From positions 11,112,760 to 11,171,121 of the forward strand of contig NC_068994.1 in the NCBI RefSeq assembly GCF_001194135.2: a stretch of 58,362 nt of DNA, written 5' to 3'. Origin of the DNA: Octopus bimaculoides. Its lineage: Eukaryota. The notes beneath the pieces are model-generated. The model was not told the origin of the DNA and ran no database searches. It saw only the letters and a list, made by a program, of their open reading frames with translations. The stretch's first letter is position 1, and every line of letters starts with the position of its first letter. Positions 52,834 to 58,362 of this stretch are shown one piece after another. Position numbers and translations under genes: made by a program.

Positions 52834-53056
52834 ATAATAATCTTTTCTATTCTAGGCACAAGGCCCAAAATTGTTGGAGAGCGGGTCAGTCGATTAGATC
52901 GACTCCCTAGTACGCAACTGATATTTAATTTAACGACCTCAAAAGGATCAAAGGCAATGTCAACTTCGGCGGAATTTGAACTCAGAACGTAAAGGCAAAC
53001 GAAATACCGCTAACCATTTCGCCCGGCGTACTAACGTTTCTGCCAGTTCGACGCCT
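52834..53056 (-). mobile_element. Near full-length SINE family A
   Basis: Antisense head gctaaccatttcgcccggcgtactaacgtttctgccag, B box atttgaactc, tail ataataatc. Confidence 0.88.
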
Positions 53057-53739
53057 TGTACTCACTTTAATAGCAAAAAGGATTTACACAAATACGTATG
53101 AATATCTATACACACACCTATGTATGTTCGAAAGCGCAAAAACCTACATACACATACATATGTATTATGCATGTATATATCTACCGACCCCTCTCTCTCA
53201 CTCTCTCTCTCACTCTCTCTATCTCCCTTTTACTCGCTCTCTCTCTCTTTCTGTGTTTAGATATATATGTACACATACATACAGACGCACATGTATGCGC
53301 GTGTGCACGTGTGTGTGCACGCACGTATGTGCGTGTGTGTTTGTTTTCTGTTCACATAATGTAATAAAGTGTTCCCCCTGAAGAGAACCGTTGTGAATTT
53401 GTTTCCAATTTGGTTACGAATACCTACTGCAGGGAATGCAAATATCCACAATGGCAAAACGGCCACAGGGAACAACTGGCACAAACTGTATATTCTATTT
53501 CATACGTAATCATAAATATATATATATATATATANNNNNNNNNNNNNNNNNNNNNNNNNNNNNNNNNNNNNNNNNNNNNNNNNNNNNNNNNNNNNNNNNN
53601 NNNNNTATATATAATTATTATCTCTCTCCTTGCTTTTCTTTTTGCTTTTCTTTTTTCTACTTTCTTTCTTTATCCCTCTCTTTCTGTTTTCGATTTGACC
53701 TTACAAATACATTCCCTATTTTTAAGTCACTTTAAATAA

Positions 53740-54011
53740 ACCCTCGATTCAATAGCATTGTGTACAGACTCTATACTTGGAATGACCAATTTTAAATACT
53801 ATTGGATTTTACTCACAAGGTATTGGAATCTTATATGTATACCATTCTGCCTAAATAATGGATCTACAAATGCAATATCCCTGCATATCTCACATCTATT
53901 TTCATTCCTCTACTTCACTCTCTATTTCACATCTTATCTAAATTAACTATTGCTTAACCATCTTCTCACACCGTCTCCGATGAAGGGATATAATAAATAT
54001 CCTGGAAACAG
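53740..54011 (+). mobile_element. Second Penelope-type terminal-repeat-like copy
   Basis: Reverse complement of 33340-33650. Confidence 0.7.
53973..54011 (+). ncRNA. Truncated hammerhead-like motif
   Basis: GTCT CCGATGA AGGGATAtaataaaTATCCTG GAAA CAG, then different sequence; 3' strand of stem I lost. Confidence 0.45.
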
Positions 54012-54300
54012 TCGTAGCCATGTGTTGAAAATCCTTTTTGGGGGTTTGAATAATTTCCCTCTTGAACAACCCTTATACAGGGACCTTTTGAGCGTGATGG
54101 GTTACTCGACATGAAGAAAATTCTAACTGGGCCCACCTACAAGGTCATTCGCTGTTTATCTTGGTATGGGATCACCATGTCGCACGCATATGATTGTGAT
54201 GCATGTGGTTAGCGTACCCTTATCAGGCGGGTAGTCATTATGGGTATAATGGGCTTTGTACATTAGATACTTTGATGGCATGCGCTGGTCCTTCACTCAC
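54012..54300 (+). mobile_element. Second copy of the (AAT)n-tailed repeat at 14070-14555
   Basis: Direct similarity; followed by aataataat at about 54325. Confidence 0.75.
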
Positions 54301-54559
54301 TGCTACTACTGACAAAAAAATTAATAATAATAATAATAATAATAATTCAAACTCAAAACGTAGAGCGTGTTAATGATTCTGTCAGCTCGTCGCCTTGTTG
54401 GTTACATCGACTCCGGTACTTCACTGGTACTTTTTTTTTTATCAAGCCCAAAGCAGACTGCGTACGGATGTATTAGCTATACGCTTATGATTAACAATAT
54501 CTTACAACTAAAAGGTGGAGTAAACGGGAAGACTGCAGATTCTAAGCAAGTTCACACGT

Positions 54560-55510
54560 TGTGTGTTACATTGGGTACAAGTAGGATTCAGGTGGGAAAT
54601 TGATGTAGAATTCCGCTTTGAAAAACGCGCCAAGAATACTGTACAAAAAGGAAAATTAGTATAAACGAGTGATAATATATTACATAGAAAAAGACCGATA
54701 TAACAGAATTACACCGCGTGTACTCTTACAAATAGAAGGAATTAATGAGTGCAACAAATGCAAATGAAAGGAAATGCCATGGGGGAATATCATAGAAGTA
54801 TTATATTGAATAAGTTGTAGTTATAATATTTCCAATTTTGAGTTAAGTGAATTAGTAAGACTAAAAGGGAACGTAAGAAAATAACAAGTGCAATTTCGAA
54901 TACATCACCAAAAAGTCGATATGCGATTATATTGACTGTGAAGAAATGGTGTTAGGGTGGTCTTCTCCATCTAGAAAATCTATTATAAAATATCTCTCCT
55001 GTTATAATACGAAATTGTCTGATGAAGAATAAAGAAAGAAACTAACAGAAAGAGCTTTATAGCGTGAACAAAAACTCAATTTGCTTTCGCTCTCCGGGGA
55101 GCCTAATAAATATAAGACATCAGCACGGGTAACAGACTGCTGTGAAGATGATGAAGAAACAATAATATGATGCATTAAGAAACTAAATTAAAACCTGAAC
55201 TAATACAAAATATCGTACTAAGACTTTTAGCTAGAATAGACCCTCCATGGTCGATACCCGACAAGACTGCAGAAAGACAAGGCAAGAAAGAAAAAAGAGA
55301 AACCTTCAGGAATTCCGCATTGGCTGAGAAGCGCAGAACTAAAATTCCAGATGGAAAAATTTGAAGGCAGCTAAAATAATTAAATAAGTAAATAAAAATA
55401 ATGAAGACTTCCTTTTGGACATTAACAAAGGCATATTCAATGAAAGTGGAAAAGTAATTAGAGACTAAGTGAGAGCGATGAAGAAATAGTCAGCCATATT
55501 GTGTTCTGTA
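54560..55510 (+). mobile_element. Heavily decayed R4/Dong-clade RT and post-RT region
   Basis: Remnant motifs DVEFRFEKRAKNTVQKGKLV, IHHQKVDMRL, LHGRYPTRLQK and WLRSAELK (compare WLRSSGLKAETE at about 15300). Confidence 0.65.
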
Positions 55511-56172
55511 AGAAAAGTCTCAACCAAGTTTGAACATGAATAGGCAACGTAAAGACAATGATTTTATATAATGCACATACATATATATGCATGAATACAT
55601 GAATATATACATGTATGTATATATATANNNNNNNNNNNNNNNNNNNNNNNNNNNNNNNNNNNNNNNNNNNNNNNNNNNNNNNNNNNNNNNNNNNNNNNNN
55701 NNNNNNNNNNNNNNNNNNNNNNNNNNNNNNNNNNNNNNNNNNNNNNNNNNNNNNNNNNNNNNNNNNNNNNNNNNNNNNNNNNNNNNNNNNNNNNNNNNNN
55801 NNNNNNNNNNNNNNNNNNNNNNNNNNNNNNNNNNNNNNNNNNNNNNNNNNNNNNNNNNNNNNNNNNNNNNNNNNNNNNNNNNNNNNNNNNNNNNNNNNNN
55901 NNNNNNNNNNNNNNNNNNNNNNNNNNNNNNNNNNNNNNNNNNNNNNNNNNNNNNNNNNNNNNNNNNNNNNNNNNNNNNNNNNNNNNNNNNNNNNNNNNNN
56001 NNNNNNNNNNNNNNNNNNNNNNNNNNNNNNNNNNNNNNNNNNNNNNNNNNNNNNNNNNNNNNNNNNNNNNNNNNNNNNNNNNNNNNNNNNNNNNNNNNNN
56101 NNNNNNNNNNNNNNNNNNNNNNNNNNNNNNNNNNNNNNNNNNNNNNNNNNNNNNNNNNNNNNNNNNNNNNNN

Positions 56173-56229
<57 letters not shown>

Positions 56230-56269
56230 GTCTTTATTGATTTAATAAAGGCTCTTAACATTACTTCCA

Positions 56270-56830
56270 GGGAACCAGAAGGGAACATATTTAGAAATTT
56301 GCACTAAAACCTTTGAATTTGTTGCAGAAACTAAACCGCAACATGAAGTTTAGCGTCGCATTCAACAAGTATCTTTCTGACGAAATTACTGGAGATGGAA
56401 AAAGGGAAAAATACGCTATGCCAGTTCATAAATTGTTTACTATTTTCTTTCTGGTTGTTATTTATGCATTCGAAAATTGTCATATATATAAGTATGTACT
56501 TGAGGTTCGGAACGATAGACGATATCTTTCATCTTCAGAGATTCCAGTGCAAGTCTATGACATTCAAAATATTGATCCAAGAACTGCTTCTCAGATATTC
56601 TACTGTTTTTGTTGCTCGTGCTGAAAACGACACGCTACTTATAATGGATCGATTTCCAAATGCATGTCTTGCCTTTGGCCTCACAATAAGCTTGAAGAAG
56701 ACAAACATAATATTCAGTCGTGCACTCCGTGAACCTTGCGTTGAACCAAACAACTTTGTGAATGACACCATGGTATATGATTAGAAGTTGGTAGATACAT
56801 TCTTATATTTTTAAGAATGCTTTGTAAAGA
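56270..56830 (+). mobile_element. RTE-clade LINE reverse transcriptase relic
   Basis: LRFGTIDDIFHLQRFQCKS...LIQELLL...AENDTLLIMDRFPNACLAFGLTISLKKT...LVDTFLY matches the RTE/BovB-like pattern MDRFS.AC..FGLTISLKKT; YADD decayed. Confidence 0.8.
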
Positions 56831-57354
56831 AGCCCATATTACTCCATATGGATCATGTGACCGGTTTTCTGGTTTGTCTAGCGTATATATTCCTACTTGG
56901 ACGGGACGATAATCCGTCGTAGTATTACTCATTTTTTTTCCGGCTGGGTGGACTGGAGTAACGTGAATCACAGTTTATCGCTAGGCAAATGCCCTGAGTA
57001 TGACATATTGTATGGGCCCCAAAAACGAGTCGTCCTCGGCAGAGTTTATGTTCGATAAACCGGAAACGGAAAACTGGAAACCGGAAACCTTCCACAAAAT
57101 AAATCTATAATCACGGATGTTTGGATACCGTAAAAACACAGGATACAAAACCGTAATAACCCGAGATTAGTATAAGAAATCGAATAACACCTAAGGAAGT
57201 GCGTTAAGAAGGGACGCAGATTGTTTGAGATAGGACCACAGATTAAACAAGCTGTACTAAAACATCATCATCATCGTCGTCGTCGTCGTCGTCATCAGCA
57301 ACAACAACAACGATGACGATGACGACGAGCCATGGCTATTTCTGTCTCGAGTAT

Positions 57355-57545
57355 TAGGGCATATAGGACGGGTTACCGGGTTTCCATGGTGTACATGTGA
57401 CTGACAGCTCAACATTTCTTCTGAACAGGTTACCATTCCATCGTAGTGTCACTCACTTACGGCTGAGTCGACTGGAGCATCTTGGAATGAAGCGTTTCGA
57501 TCAAGATCACAACGCAGTGTCAGGTCCGAGAGTAGAAACTATGAT
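57355..57545 (-). mobile_element. Degenerate SINE-like element; related fragment near 56940-56975
   Basis: gctgagtcgactggagca...tgaagcgtttcgatcaagatcacaacgc and gctgggtggactggagtaacgtgaa. Confidence 0.4.
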
Positions 57546-57640
57546 CGACCCCTAGTACTTGTTCTATCGGTGTCTTTTGCTGAACGGCTAAGTTACGGGG
57601 ACGTAAACACACCAGCATCGGTTGTCAAGCGATGGGGTGT
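57546..57640 (-). mobile_element. SINE family B, 3' half fragment
   Basis: tcttttgctgaacggctaagttacggggacgtaaacacaccagcatcggttgtcaagcgatg. Confidence 0.8.
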
Positions 57641-57643
57641 CGG

Positions 57644-58346
57644 TCTTATTACTTTCCCTACCCACTGCCATCGGTGCTTCACATTTTTATAGAGAACGCA
57701 CTTCTCGTCACCAGTCACTATTGGGTTCAGAAATGGTTCATTCATGAGACGTGACAACAAAGAAGAGCACACATTCACTCTCTGCGCGCTATTAGATTCC
57801 GAAAGTTAGCAAGGAATCTATTGACCCAAATTGCTGACTTTTCCGATGGTACGCAGGTGTCGATGAATGGTTAAATGACCAAATCCAAGCTTCTCTGCTA
57901 GTTCCTCAACAGTTACGATGGAATTTTGTTCCACCAGGGTTTGCAGGACGTGCTCGTCGAGCTGTACAGATTTTCTAGGACGAGGCTCGTCTTCTAGGCT
58001 GTAGTTTTCGGCTCAGAATTTCTGGAACCACCGCTGACGCTGGCTTACGCTTATTGTCCAATCCCCATATGCTGCATTAATATTCCTCGCAATTTCCGTT
58101 CCATTATTACTTTGTTGAACTCATAAAGCAAAATATGCCGAATATGCTACTTTGTCACTTCCATTATAGCTTTGAAAAAATACTGTTAAAATCGAACTGC
58201 ACTCTTCAAAACTTAAACTAAGAATAAGTACAAGGTAAAATTACTACCTGCTTTTATGGCAACTTGATCCAGGTAGTTTATCTCATCCCCATCCGACTTT
58301 TAGTTCATGTAATTGAAAATACCGCATAAGTTATGGAATGGCCCGA
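57644..58346 (-). mobile_element. Mariner transposon, 5' half (TIR plus transposase pseudogene)
   Basis: TA|TCGGGCCATTCCATAAC terminus; ATG at 58164: MEVTK*HIRHILLYEFNK...TISVSQRQRWF...SSLLSRLMNEPFLNPIVTGDEKCVLYKN; later catalytic residues absent. Confidence 0.92.
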
Positions 58347-58362
58347 TATATATATGTATATA

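Overview
AT-rich, microsatellite-saturated eukaryotic DNA from a short-read draft assembly, with 18 N gaps, nearly all flanked by microsatellites. Repeat content suggests an octopus genome (inference). No protein-coding gene is recognisable; almost all ORFs in the track are microsatellite or N-run artefacts. The window looks intronic or intergenic and is mostly a transposon graveyard: a degraded Penelope-like element (RT plus GIY-YIG), two Penelope-type terminal repeats with a minimal hammerhead-ribozyme motif, at least six R4/Dong-type LINE pieces (several chained through (TAA)n arrays), an RTE LINE relic, Tc1 and mariner fragments, and three or four tRNA-derived SINE families. Most interesting: the (TAA)n-targeted retroelement chain at 14.1-16.4 kb, the hammerhead motif, two long fold-back hairpins, a near-perfect RFX X-box beside a candidate exon, a candidate recursive splice site, and several higher-order tandem repeats. 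All coordinates were counted by eye; repeat boundaries are approximate.
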